64,000 nt of DNA. It comes from Phoronis australis (taxonomy: Eukaryota > Animalia > Phoronida). Positions 50,958-64,000 of the stretch are shown in pieces. The stretch covers positions 274,238 to 338,237 of the forward strand of contig NMRA01000033.1 in assembly GCA_002633005.1 (NCBI GenBank), read 5' to 3'. The notes below the pieces were generated by a model that had not been told where the DNA came from, searched no databases, and saw only the letters and a program-made list of their open reading frames with translations. A program made the position numbers and the translations under genes. Positions within the stretch are counted from its first letter, which is position 1; each line of letters begins with the position of its first letter.

Positions 50958-53900
50958 AGCAACAACTGCCCAGGTGCTGACACAAATGTTACTCTAACAG
51001 TTATAGTTGGTATTTTTTAAAGCTTTTATCAGCTACAACAGATCTGTTTACAGCTTCCTAGATCTTTACAGTTTCCAGATAAAACCCGACCATAATCCGC
51101 ATCTTAGTTCCGTAATGGCGGCGTATCCCTAATCACAACAACAAATCAGTTTAACTCCAGGGTAATTGGTATAAAGCCCAATCTTTTGCGAGACTATCCG
51201 GCTCGTAACTCGAGTCTATGACGGAGCAAGTTCATAAAGAATGTTTAAGCAAATTCTCCGAACAATCAATAAAGTTTCCACGACTTTCACTTCATTGATC
51301 CTAATTCGAGGTGGTGTCAAAAATTCTGCAACACAATCAAAATGCTGGGGTCAGACAGTTTAAGCCTGCACTGGCAACCACTGCTTTATTACTTGGCATC
51401 AAATACAATATCAATCAACAATTGATGGACTGTTTGTGTCAGTGTATTTCAATACAAACTGAGACAATCAGAGGCAGCTGTGATACTAACTACCTTCCCA
51501 AGATAACCTCTACACAAGAACAGGAACTCACCATCAATCAGACATGAAAAGAAATGGAAACCACAACAACAGGTCTCAGAATGACCAGCTAAATTACTAA
51601 TGACCAATCAGGAACCACTTAAAGTATGTTTTCATGACTTAACACAAAACTGAAACTTCGTGGTATTTATTACGTCATCGAAATCCATAGGAGCTGAAAC
51701 GCAACACCACAAAAGATTTCCAGACCCCCAGCCCACAAGAACATCTTGGCCAACTCATTCAACATTTTCCAGTGTAGAGTTACTGGGAAATGCTGAAAAC
51801 CAATAGGATTTTTCTTGGATCAAATGACGAGTTGCCCCAAGTTTCACCACTTCGCCATGCCAACCGAGTACAAACAGAATAGACCGCAGGGGGGCAGGTG
51901 ACATCAATGTTACACATTGCTGATGCAAACATGCCAGGAAAAGGTCAGAGATAAAAGTGAAAAAATTTCAATGTAAAGGTTAACAAATGCATCTCTATGC
52001 ACCAGAACACAATGTGCTTATTTGTAAAATCTTTGCAAGCAATGTTTACAGCTACAAAGTCAACTAAGTTTAAGGTAACAAGAACTCTAATCAGCCAGGA
52101 GGCAAATTCCCCACACAAACAAAATTCTGACAACATTTCATTTTCCACCTGGCTTACAAACTGAGAATCAGCGAGCACCTCATGTTCAGACAGGCGTTAA
52201 AACGAGATATCAGACATAACTGTTTGCAGATGAAAAGGTATTCAACAGCAATGGCTGTCTGACAGGTAGTGTAATCAACTGATAGAAGACAATTGAGACA
52301 AATTAGCACTATCTAGTTAAATAACCTCGTAACTGTAACAAACCAACAAAAGGAAATAAGAAATCAAAATGTGGACCTGACTACCGACAAATTTTCTGTC
52401 TTCCAATGATGCACCATGCGCCTTTCTTACATGAGCTGAGTAAAAGAACCTCAAGCTCACTCCAGAAATGCTGAATCTCACTCTTTCCTGAAATGCTGAG
52501 GACATTGCTGAAAACATATCATTGCTAAACACTCAGCGTTACTTGCAGAAATATATACTGTCTGGCGGTGTAAATCAGAACAGTCAGATGCATGGAGTTA
52601 ACGAGTCAATAGCCAACTCCGCTTTGAGGAGAAACCTGAATGCGTTGTGGTGATATAACTGCAACCATTAGCAACACAGGTAACCAATTAATGCAACGGT
52701 AAACTGCCACCATGCTATTACAAGGTTACAAAGACAGGTGATTCTATGAAAATGTTTCACTAACTTATGACTTCCCCAAGTTGGAAAATTCCAGTAAAAT
52801 AAATTTCATACAAATAGAAAAATTTCCAAACTTAGAAAACAGGATGAAGAAAAACTAGTCCCATGTTGATCAACACCGTTCCTGACTACGATATCACTTC
52901 AGTTTTCTTGACTAACACGAGGTACACACGATTCGTGAAAATGCTACCAGTTTCTAAACAGGGTTTTGTAAGCCAGGAAGATGTTTTCTCTGTACGTTGG
53001 ACTTATTTTCGCCACCACTTAGTCAGTTTCCCTACCACCCAAATCAGCTTTTAAAATAGAAACTGGAGTCATCGCATGGTTACTCACTGCAATGATCAAT
53101 TAACACAATGATAAACAAAAGCCTCTCTATCCACCAGGCATCTGTGTCCTTTAAAAACAAGAGGTATGGTTACAAAAGTGTTATTAGCCTAAACGCCAGC
53201 AATGTCGAGCAATGTCGGGGTAACTCAAACAATTATCAAATGTGTCTTTCGTAACCGTTCACATTCTAGGTATTTTAGCTTCTAGCTCTAAGTGCTACTG
53301 AAAACGCTATTGTTTAAGTCCGGCTGTGAACGGAACAGACCTAGAAAAACAGAAGGTGGAGCAAAAAACAGAGTTGTTGCATAGCCGTAATAATGTACTA
53401 CGGGTCGTTACTCTCAAGCTCTTGTGCCATGGAAATTGTCTCAGGATTGAGTTTAAAGTAACACTAACATGGAAAGCTGAGAAGAACCCAATTTTGTTCT
53501 CTAAACAAGTGCAAAAACAGAACAAAGACCACCACAGATCTAACATCAAATGACTAAAATTTGGATAAAATTCACAGACAAACGTTAGCTTGGTAGTTAC
53601 AAGAAAAACACATGAGCAGCCAGCAGCAACCCTGTCAAAAAAAAAACTTTATGTAGCTCATGTAATTAATTTAAAAACTAAGCACAATATTAAATCCTCA
53701 CCCAAAACTAGAGTACAGTAGTTTTCCTAAAAGGTTGAAGCTACGTGTTCAGCTCGAAAACCGGGAAAACTTCAAAGCAAAAATTTCCGGTGATGACGCG
53801 ATATTTTTGTCCTTTTGGATTTACATCATAATTTATAACAAGACAGATGAATTTCGATGGAGTCTCAATTTTTTTGGAAAACAACTGTATTCCCTTGCAT

Positions 53901-55607
53901 ACGCCAAGATAACTGGTTGCAAGTGACTTGCAAAGAATTTATTAACTTTCCCTAACCCCCAAGTCCTTCCACATAAAAACTAAATAAACTTTCCACTGAA
54001 GCAACTAATTCCCCATACAACCTTTCTCATCCCCAAGCAATAGATAACGATGGTACTATGCATGGCAACACTATGTCTCAAATGTGTGCTTATAGTTCAA
54101 CCTAATATCCTTCATTTCTCTACCATTGCGTGACCTTCATCAAATTCAGCATTAAAAACATTTTGCCAAGTTCAGCTGCACGAGAATGAAAGTCAGAGGA
54201 GGGCTGAGGCAAAACGATGACGTCAATGAAGCAGGACAAATCAGTTGAGTGGGAGAGTTCATGACGCAAGAAGTAGACAACAGCTGTGAATAACACAGGT
54301 TAATTTGCACTAGTATCATCCCTCCCAACCTCAGTGCCAGCTACTTAGGCAGGCTTACAGAGGAACTGTTATCCATTTTTGACACCTGTCAGCGGTACTT
54401 AACTGTTTATAATGACTGTGTCCACTACTGGCAAATTTAGATGATGGGGTAGGTGGAGGCTATTATTCAGATTGACCAGTGATTTGTGTCAGATAGTGAG
54501 CCACACCACCTAGCCTCATCCACAGCACCACTCTCATTCTTAGCTATTTACCCACAATGCATCACATGTGTCAAGCACTTGTCTAACTGCTTCTTCACTG
54601 ATTACAATGCAGACACAAAGAGCAAATATCAACGCTGGATGAGCAATATATGGTTCTTGCCTTTTTAATCAACTAGGGCGTGACTGACTTTCTGAAAAGT
54701 AGATTAGTCGTCCATTGCACATTTCTACCTCCATGAAAGAGGACAGTTCAAATCACTGAGAATGGGCCTGTTGTGGTAGGGTGTGTTCACAAAACTATTT
54801 TGCACGATAGGTGGAACAACAGGCAAGTACCCGCATTTGCGTCATCAAAGTCGTTTAGGCTCATCATTCTTGTATTTAATTTTCGCAAAAATAATTGACA
54901 AAGCTATAATAACAAATTCTGACCATATTGTTATCATAGCTTGAAATTCTATCATGAGTTGTATGCTGGCAACTGTACCCTGATCCATGACAAAATGACA
55001 CCACAAAATCACAACACAATAACATGGACAACCAACGTCTTAAGTACATGCCTGACCTACATAAATGTAAATTCTCATCAATTTAGGATACAATATGGCG
55101 AAAAACTGAAATTTCATTATATTTTCACAAATAATAGGAGGCACCAACGAAATGCGTAACCATTTTCAAGATCAATACCATATCTGCACTTGCACAATGT
55201 TTTGAGAAATTATCGCAATTAAAACAATGTTACTACAATTGATCAATGAAAATAGATCAATTGTAGCAATTATTTTTGTCTGAAATTGGCGAGATTTTAC
55301 CGTATTTAGTGCAGTTGGAATAGAACATTCCTGTGTGGACTTAAACGGACTAATAGAGTTTTATCCACATGTCGCCTAAAGACTAGAGTTATCATAGCCA
55401 CCACTGTATGGACACATCCAAGGATCATTGGCATGCCATTTTTAGGGACTATATTCAGTTTTACTTTGAAAATTATGGTACTCATAGACCTATAATGTTG
55501 GTGAAACATTGTCAAAAGTTGTAATGAGTTTGTACAGTCTGTGCGATACGCGGGACAAAGTCGAGTGGGATATTACTTCATGTACGCCAATCGAGGTACG
55601 TTCTTTA

Positions 55608-56200
55608 TTTATCCCACACGCTATGAATTTCTAAGTTTCTTTCATTTTTTCCACAGATTTTTTAAATACTTCACTCAGACTGTTCACGTGGCGGATCACA
55701 TCGTGTATGTATGAACTTGTGCGTTAGTTTTCTCTAGTAAAAGAAACAGCTTTAAATGTGACGATTTATTACTTGAAAAAGAGATAACAAAGATGAAAAC
55801 AAGGGTAACTTTTTATTGAACTTGTAACATCTGAAAATAGTTAAATAACAACAATATTTGATATTGTAGTTGCCAAGGAATCGGCGCCTGAGTTGCAGAC
55901 GATAAAATATTTAGCAAATGAAAACTGGGACAGGACTGTTAATTATATGACAGTTCCAGATGTTACGATTGAGACCCGACTGTACGTTGAGCATTATTTA
56001 CACTGCTATAATTATACTACTTTTAAACTTTTTTTCAAAAGTTTGGTGATCGAACCGGCTAATGACGTCCAGTCGACATTGACCTACCTTTTGAACTTTC
56101 CATGTCAAAGCTCACTGTTGAAGTAGTGCGGGAGGTGAATACGTAAAACTTTATTACAGGCCGTACTTCTCTCGACAGATTCAACGCGTATGGGATAAAA
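55608..56200. mobile_element. Unclassified inverted-repeat element (possibly Crypton-type non-autonomous)
   Basis: TTTATCCCACACGC ... GCGTATGGGATAAA, a 13/14 inverted match. Confidence 0.4.
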
Positions 56201-57339
56201 ACACGTTCAAATTAATTATTCATAGATATTGTATATGGTGCTCAGCCATCATGGCGACGCCCCCCCCCCCCCATCAACATTGGGGGAGGGGTATCCAACC
56301 ATTATATATAATCTTTTTGGAAATCATGACCGATTTACAGTTGAATCAAATAATGATTCTAGTTTGTTTCACCTTTTATTATTGATAGTTACTGCCAGGG
56401 GGGTTTCGGGGGTTCGATCAAACCCTTCCCCCACTGAAAATGTCCAGCCTCAGCATATTCTTTAACATGTGGAGAATTTCTCGCTTACACTGGTGACCTC
56501 TCTGATTCCCTAAGCCCCAGACAACTTTTATGATTTCTATTCAGCACGCCCTTTCTATTGAAGTAGATCTGAGCTAATGAAGTGGAAAGTTAATTGCTAG
56601 CACTACTGTCTCAACAATGGTTGTTGTTAGGTCCCCCAATTTGGTTTTCTCTGACATTTGCAGAGTTATAGCCTGCAACTCTGGAGAGTAGTTTTAACTT
56701 GGTACATTATAAATACCGGTATTACAAAATGACTAAAAAGGTTAACTTGTGTTATTCATCACAAAGGGCCACTTCCCAAAGGAACGATAAGTTTCATATT
56801 GGTTTTCTTTATTTAATTTTTAATGCTTCTGCCCACTAATGTTTTTTCTTAGCGGGAACGGGTTGATAACTTTTTATCTAAGTTTTGAACTTGAAGTACC
56901 AAAACAGTGGTAGATTTTGATCGCCAGCTAAACTTAATTAGTTAAGTTCATTGTGAGCATCCTCTTTCTGGTATTACAAATTCGGTCTCATCTCATGAAC
57001 ATAGAGCTGAGAGTCATCGCTGTGCATACAGATTTCCCTTCCCCCTAATTGAGTTGCGTCAAAGGTCTTGCCAAAAACTCTAAAATGTCAACGTTTGCAA
57101 AATATCAAAGGTCCACCGTAATTGAAATTCATACCACCACCCACACTCAATGCTGGCTACAGGCTTGAATAGAATATATGCATTTGAGTTGAGAGAGGTG
57201 TCCAAAATAAAAAGTCGCCCCTGCATCGACCAAATCTCTGCATGCTACTGCCTCACTGCTGAAAATGTCTGTAAAGTACCTTATGTTGCATGCAGAATGT
57301 TGCTTGACATTATGCAAACTGTTTCAAACTCAGATATTT

Positions 57340-57910
57340 GGTCGTGTGTGGCTGAGCTAACCCAACTCTAAACTTGTCTTGCAGTGTTTAATCATGATAA
57401 ATGGGCTTTCGTAGAATATTTTCCAACTGGTTTCAGGCAGTTACCTCTTAGGTTGATTTACCTCAAATTTTAGCCCTGGCTTCCTTTATTCGTCTGGCAG
57501 GGGCACCCCACCGCTGAAATTGTCTAGCATCTTATTGTTATGCCATGTGCAGTGATGCTGAGCATTGTGCAATTGGTTTCAAACGGTTACCTATAGTGGG
57601 TTGATCTAGCTCAACTCGGGTGTTTGGGCATGTCTGGCGGGGCTAACCCACCACTAGACTTGTCTGGCAGTGTTCATTTGTGATACCTGTGCTCACGGTG
57701 AATATTTTGCAATTGGTTTCATGTGGTTAGGGCGTACCTCTTGAATTGATCTAGCTCAATTTTTTTACCTTGTTAATAACCGTCTGGCTGATACTCCCCA
57801 CCACTGAAATTGTCTGGCATGAGTGACCAATTTTCATACAGTGGATTAGGTAATAGGTATGGAAGGCAGTTTGAAGAGGTTACCAGAAAAGTTGATCTAG
57901 CTCAATTTTT
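57340..57910. repeat. Degenerate ~146-bp tandem array, ~4 units
   Basis: TTGAT(C/T)TA(G/C)CTCAA near 57453, 57601, 57746 and 57892. CAATTGGTTTCA and CCAC..GAAATTGTCTGGCA also recur at the same spacing. Confidence 0.7.
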
Positions 57911-60900
57911 GAGTGCCATTCTCTTGGCTCCCCTGACCACACCCACCAGAGCGAACCTGCCAGACGGCCATATTCCAAGCATGAGGATACCCATAGACCA
58001 CTGTGGTACCAAAGGAAATTGGTTTACCTTTTCATGCCCAAAAAAAGTTCAGGGATCCCGGTCTAAATAGGACCCTGGTGGAAAATAAGAAATCTGCTAA
58101 CTTTCCAAATGCACAAACTCCAGGATTCTATGTGTCATTTGATGATTGTTTGCTTGTCACTACCACCGGCAATAACGTGTGCTTTTGCCTGCTGAAACAG
58201 ACGTCGGACATCGCTCAGGGTCTTAAATGTGTTCCGTGCTGACTGAGGTCTATGTCCGTATTAGTTGTACCCTGTCGAAATTTATTTTCATCATTTTCGC
58301 CAAATGTCACAATATCCTTACGGTATAGCAATTTTACTTAATTATTCTGATATTGCATGTTCATTTTTGTGTATATGGCTTACCCAAGTTAGTTACTCTC
58401 TGTCAAATATGCTTAGCCCAGCGGAAGGCCATCTTATTAGTCAATCCTTCCAGAGTGAATCTCACTTCCGACTGACAGAGAGCTCTTTACTACGTCATGA
58501 CAAGAGCAGGTATAATTTTCACCAATTTGCCTATTTCATTAGGACTGCCCTGTAGACATTGACCATATCTTTATAACACCATGATGGAAATCACATCTTA
58601 AAGGCCCTTTCATGAAACAAATGGCTAAGCTAAAGTGCACTGTTTTCCAGACATGACACCAATATTAGTTCAAACACATAAAATTATGTTAAGATTCAAT
58701 CTCTTTCCGTTGTCTTTAAAAACAAGCCTCTTGCCAACAGTACAGAGGTATCTCAAACACATGTTCATCATATTGATTACAACAAATTACAAATGTAAAT
58801 AAATGTTAAATATTTTTGCTCCAAATTTCCCAGAACACAGCATGTGTGGTTGGCATGTAAAGGTACACTCACTCAGTGAATGTTTACCTATGCCCTTCAA
58901 ATAGGAGTAAAATAATACTAAACTAATGATAACTTCACTAAACATTTATTTTTTATTTTAAGAACCACTGATGAAAAGAGGACGCCCTGTTTAGATTTTA
59001 ATGTTTTTGCTTGGAGTTAAATGTCAATGGAGGAAAACACTTCGGAGAAAATAGTTGAGAGTAATTAATGCAAAAATTCTGCTAACTGGGGATATTGCAC
59101 CATTGTCAAATCTATTTCACACTTGAAGAGGCAGAGTAATTTAGGACACAACATGACCAAGAGGTGAAATTATTTTATTTTCTCATCAATAATAAACAAT
59201 ACCAGAATGACATTTTGTCATATCGTGATACAGAACCATAGATACCATTGTTCTCATTGTACGTACAGTTCTACGAGTACGGAAGTTATGGTTGCGCTCA
59301 TTAAAAAGTATTCGATTCAAAGTAAATTTATTACTAAAAATACAAGGCACCTACACATCCCTGCCCGTGGCAGCTTGAGCCTGCCAGCACCCACTATTCC
59401 CCTGATTTTATATTAGGTCATGCGAAATGACGCGAGAGAAGGAAACGGTGTGCAAGGGAATAGAAAAGCTTTTGCAGGTTTGGAATAAAGAGTTGTAGCA
59501 GTGTTGGTCCGTGCACGAGCAAAGAAATATGTCCACGAGAGGGGAGGAGGAATGAGCATTCACGAGAGGGGAATAACAAGCATGAGAGAAGAATAAGTGA
59601 GGGTATAGCCACAGGCAGGGAGGCCTTGGTGCCTGCTAGCTGTTTGTAAAGGTTTAAATGAATTTGTGGTAAATTTTCTAGGAAAAAATATTGACAGAAA
59701 TTTTGACACTTTTTAGAATGTTCTTGAAATAGCATGGCAATAAAAACACAAATTTAACGACACAGACTATATCTTTTCATGACAGATTGAAAAGGTGACA
59801 GCTGAGGATAACTAATACACTAAATGCAACAGGAAACACCATGTCATAATCCTCATGTGCTTTCAGCTGTCATTAGGATTACCATTTTAAACCTTATGTT
59901 ATGATCAGCATACTGCAGACAAAAACATTAATTTTCTCCATACCCGATCCCCTCAAATGTACGAGTCCACCCACTAACATAGACACCAAGCGCATAGTCC
60001 ACATATCAACATGAGCTACATGGCAGGTGATTGGTCAATAGGTCGAAAACAAAATTAAATTAAGTTTTCCATTTATATTCCTTTTTTCTGCACAAAATAA
60101 GCTACAAAAAGTAGTCTCGTTTCTATTCCTCAAGCTGGAATACCTTAACGAACCAAAATGTATATCTTTATTGAAACAATTTCTGTTTATACCCACAAGG
60201 GCCAGATGTCAATTAAGTGCTGTCCACACACAGACTCTAGAACAAGTTCCTACTGGAAGGAGTGTTCCTTAGGTTTGAGGGCTGTGTGATTGCTATTTAA
60301 AGAGGCCTGAAACCTGTCGAGACTAAATTGCAATATTGAAAGTGGTTCTCAGCCATTGAAACAGAATTCAACCTGCTCACCAGATATTATTAGAGTTTGT
60401 TCGTGAAGATTTTCTATTTCTGTTGATATCAAAGCATTTTCTTTTAGTTTCAAAAAAACTGATCTGTCAACTACTGGCCACTTGACTGATTTTTCACCCA
60501 AGATGCAAAGCACATCCCATTATTTGGAATGGCAAGACATAGACTGTAGCACATTTACTTTATATGGAAAATGTGACCTTTGACCTCAAGCGACTTCAAG
60601 CAAGTGGCTGTGACTGCATGCTAGTATATATCATAAGTGGGAGTGACATTAGAAACTCTGTGGTAACCACAGAGTTTTTCCTTCAGAAATCATGAATTTT
60701 GTAATTTTTCTCTAGATTGAATTTCCTCACACTGGGACAGTGAATTACTCTGTACTAGACAATGCGAGATGGTACGTTTGTCAGAAATTGTTAAAATGAT
60801 ATTTTTGACGAGCTTCCACGTTCCATGCTTCTTTAAATTAACGCAACTTACCTCACTTATGACAACTTACTTCACCTCATCGAGGTAGAGAAACTTGTTT

Positions 60901-61217
60901 TATGATAACTTGTGCCACTTGTAATCACTGAGTAGCCATAGAAGTAGGGTAGGGCGGAAGTAATTTTCTTTTGTGTGCTGTACTCGCATTAGGTTTCATT
61001 GTCATGCATAGAGTGACAACTTTTGTCTTACCCTAATTATCGGACACTTAAAAGTGGGGTAAGTTGCACTAGTGCAAGTTGTTCTAGGGTAGGCTATGTG
61101 TGGACGGGACTTTAGTTGAGTTACCAAGGAAGACTGCATACTGAGTGAGACCTAAAGCAAGGTGCGGTTTATGAAAATCTATGCAACTATTGTGTTTTCA
61201 CATGTCTTGTCAAGGTA

Positions 61218-62774
61218 CCGTAATCGTTCGGGTTAACGCCCTGGGCGGTTAAATTGGCGAACCCAAAAATCGGGGGTGGGCGGTTAACCAGACATGGGCG
61301 CTTAAACGTGAAATTTCAAGAAATCGGGGGGGGGGGGNNNNNNNNNNNNNNNNNNNNNNNNNNNNNNNNNNNNNNNNNNNNNNNNNNNNNNNNNNNNNNN
61401 NNNNNNNNNNNNNNNNNNNNNNNNNNNNNNNNNNNNNNNNNNNNNNNNNNNNNNNNNNNNNNNNNNNNNNNNNNNNNNNNNNNNNNNNNNNNNNNNNNNN
61501 NNNNNNNNNNNNNNNNNNNNNNNNNNNNNNNNNNNNNNNNNNNNNNNNNNNNNNNNNNNNNNNNNNNNNNNNNNNNNNNNNNNNNNNNNNNNNNNNNNNN
61601 NNNNNNNNNNNNNNNNNNNNNNNNNNNNNNNNNNNNNNNNNNNNNNNNNNNNNNNNNNNNNNNNNNNNNNNNNNNNNNNNNNNNNNNNNNNNNNNNNNNN
61701 NNNNNNNNNNNNNNNNNNNNNNNNNNNNNNNNNNNNNNNNNNNNNNNNNNNNNNNNNNNNNNNNNNNNNNNNNNNNNNNNNNNNNNNNNNNNNNNNNNNN
61801 NNNNNNNNNNNNNNNNNNNNNNNNNNNNNNNNNNNNNNNNNNNNNNNNNNNNNNNNNNNNNNNNNNNNNNNNNNNNNNNNNNNNNNNNNNNNNNNNNNNN
61901 NNNNNNNNNNNNNNNNNNNNNNNNNNNNNNNNNNNNNNNNNNNNNNNNNNNNNNNNNNNNNNNNNNNNNNNNNNNNNNNNNNNNNNNNNNNNNNNNNNNN
62001 NNNNNNNNNNACAAGAAGTCGGCCGATTCCAGTGTCGACCTTGAACAACCGTCGTTGCGGTTTTCGTTTCGACTGCGAGACGCAGCTTTTGTTAGCAAAT
62101 GAAACCATCTATTGTCTGACGAGAGTACTCGAAAGACGGGGATCTCGATAACCCGGCAATTACACTCACCAAAATATAAAGAATTTATCAACTTTTCGCG
62201 GTTTATGGGAATTCTTCAAAATCCCGAGAGCTTACAACCTAACGCGCATTGAGAGGGTTGGCAAAAGCAATGTCACATTTCTCTGACCTGGTTATTTCGA
62301 ATGCATCTTTTTTATAGTGCACTGTAGTCGATAACTCAGTGCGGCAGAGATTGTGGCTGAAAGTGGAGGAGTAGACGCCAGCGCGGTTCCTAAAGTTTGC
62401 GAACATGAGAAGAAAAGAAAGTGACAAAGTGATCAAGTATTACATTTTGAAGTTAATCGATGACCCGTTACAATAATTTGTTACTGGTATCATAATTCAT
62501 AGTGCTAAACCGCGGTCTCTGAGGCCGTCGTTGCACTCAATGTTATCATCGATCTAAAAGGTCGGGGATTCGCGTTTCCTATTAGCACAGGGCGGTAATC
62601 ACCAATCGGCAAAAGTAGGGGATGGGCGGTTAACCGAGCAGTGGGCGGTTAATTGGAAATCTTCAAAAATAGCAGGGGGGCGGTTAACAGAGCAGTGGGC
62701 GGTTAAATCGAAATTCACCTAAAGTAGGGGGTGGGCGGTTAACTGAGCATGGGCGTTAACCCGAACGATTACGG
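61218..62774 (-). mobile_element. Tc2/pogo-like non-autonomous element, inverted relative to 3728-5516 (spans gap)
   Basis: TA TSD at 61216-61217 and 62775-62776. Perfect TIR CCGTAATCGTTCGGGTTAACGCCC at both ends. Interior is a diverged homologue of about 3900-4250. Confidence 0.9.
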
Positions 62775-64000
62775 TATATAAAATGCAATGTTCCAATGGG
62801 CTCTACAATAACTGCCTTCACAGACATGCACTAAAGGGAAACGCAAGTTACTGACGTAATCTTTACTAAAAGTGCAGATGCCTCATTATCCTGGATATAC
62901 ATTTTCTCTTTAATTAATATTCCTTGGAGTCTATTTATTGTCCAAGGAACAATGTGACGTGAATAAAATATGCTGCCATCTTAGTTGTTCATTCACAACC
63001 ATAGAGCAAAGTTAGCAAACCCAATGTTGAACACAATCCGTGTAACACCATCAGTCATTGTTTTTGCTCTACGGATCCAGATCCGAATGCAGAACCAAGA
63101 TTTGGGCCTTTTGCCACGACGTTTACGTCACTATTTATTGTTCGTTATATAACAAGATAAACGTTATGGAAACAGTAATACATAAAAATATTTCTCCAAT
63201 AGGTGGAGCTGATTTGTGTTTTTACTGGAGGTAACATTAAGGACAACAGCCGACTTTCAAAATAGTGCGCCATACTGAAATTCACACGCCCACCAGACGA
63301 CAATCAGGTCTTTGGTGGACAGGCGTTCAGCGCCGCCTACAGATCCCATGTAAATCGGATGTGAGCTTTCTACCTACTGGTATTCATAAACAGCTTTTTA
63401 AAACCTTTTGATGCTATTATAGCACCAGTAAATTTTCACTGCTGTGCGGTGGGATACACTAATGCATTGCAAAAAGGCAAACTTTTTGAAATATTAATTG
63501 ATGAACAAGGACGTCATGTTCATACATTCCCCACTGTGAAGATATTTCTCTGCGACAAAGCCAGTAGCTGCCGCTGATAAAGTGAGCGGGAGAATTTCGA
63601 TCCTAGCCAGTGTCAAAAAATATACAAGAGCAACGCAGAGCGTTGAAATGCGCCCACAATTGCACCGTATACGGTATCCTTCTAGGGTTGTTTATAGGTA
63701 CCATAAAGTGGCCAGTAGAGGGCATATATGTAGTATGTTGTACTTTGCAAAATGGAAAGGCATGGTCATTGTCTCCTCAATAGGCTAGGTTTCAAAATGT
63801 GAGTGATCTTCATGATAATACAAGCACATCCTATGCATCAGTTGCTTAAAGCACCACAGAAACATAGAATTAAAAACAAATTTACCAACATACGAGATTA
63901 GCACAGCATTAGAATGCCAGAAACAAATTTCTACTTGGAACTTTTCCTTCATAGTCACGAAGTAACACAAAGTATACACCTGAAGACCTATGAAAATACA

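Noticed and set aside
55233-55266. 12-bp-stem hairpin (and a 12-bp-arm palindrome at 60653-60677)
   Set aside because: Short and AT-rich; the first lies inside a dispersed repeat related to 18880-18920. No evidence of function.

Overview
This is eukaryotic, AT-rich, repeat-laden genomic DNA from a draft assembly, probably a marine invertebrate, with four N-gaps (36493-36871, 37968-38527, 46263-46496, 61338-62010). It looks like the 5' introns of one large minus-strand gene. Only two convincing host coding exons are visible. One is a 91-codon first exon (50957-50684) ending ...RRKCRLKMEGCIFTI-G|gtaagt, which resembles the N-terminal exon of Ca2+/calmodulin-dependent phosphodiesterase PDE1. The other is a 687-codon first exon (24462-22401) starting with an MGHCCS acylation motif. 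Both end in phase-1 donors, so they are probably alternative first exons. The rest is transposon debris and tandem repeats: Tc2/pogo-like, Harbinger-like, Kolobok-like and hAT-like elements, an RTE-X-like LINE fragment, a Penelope remnant with a minimal hammerhead ribozyme, and a tRNA-derived SINE ending in a hammerhead-like fold. It also holds several minisatellites and a ~1.9-kb duplication that is probably an assembly artefact. All family assignments come from manual motif recognition; no database searches were run.
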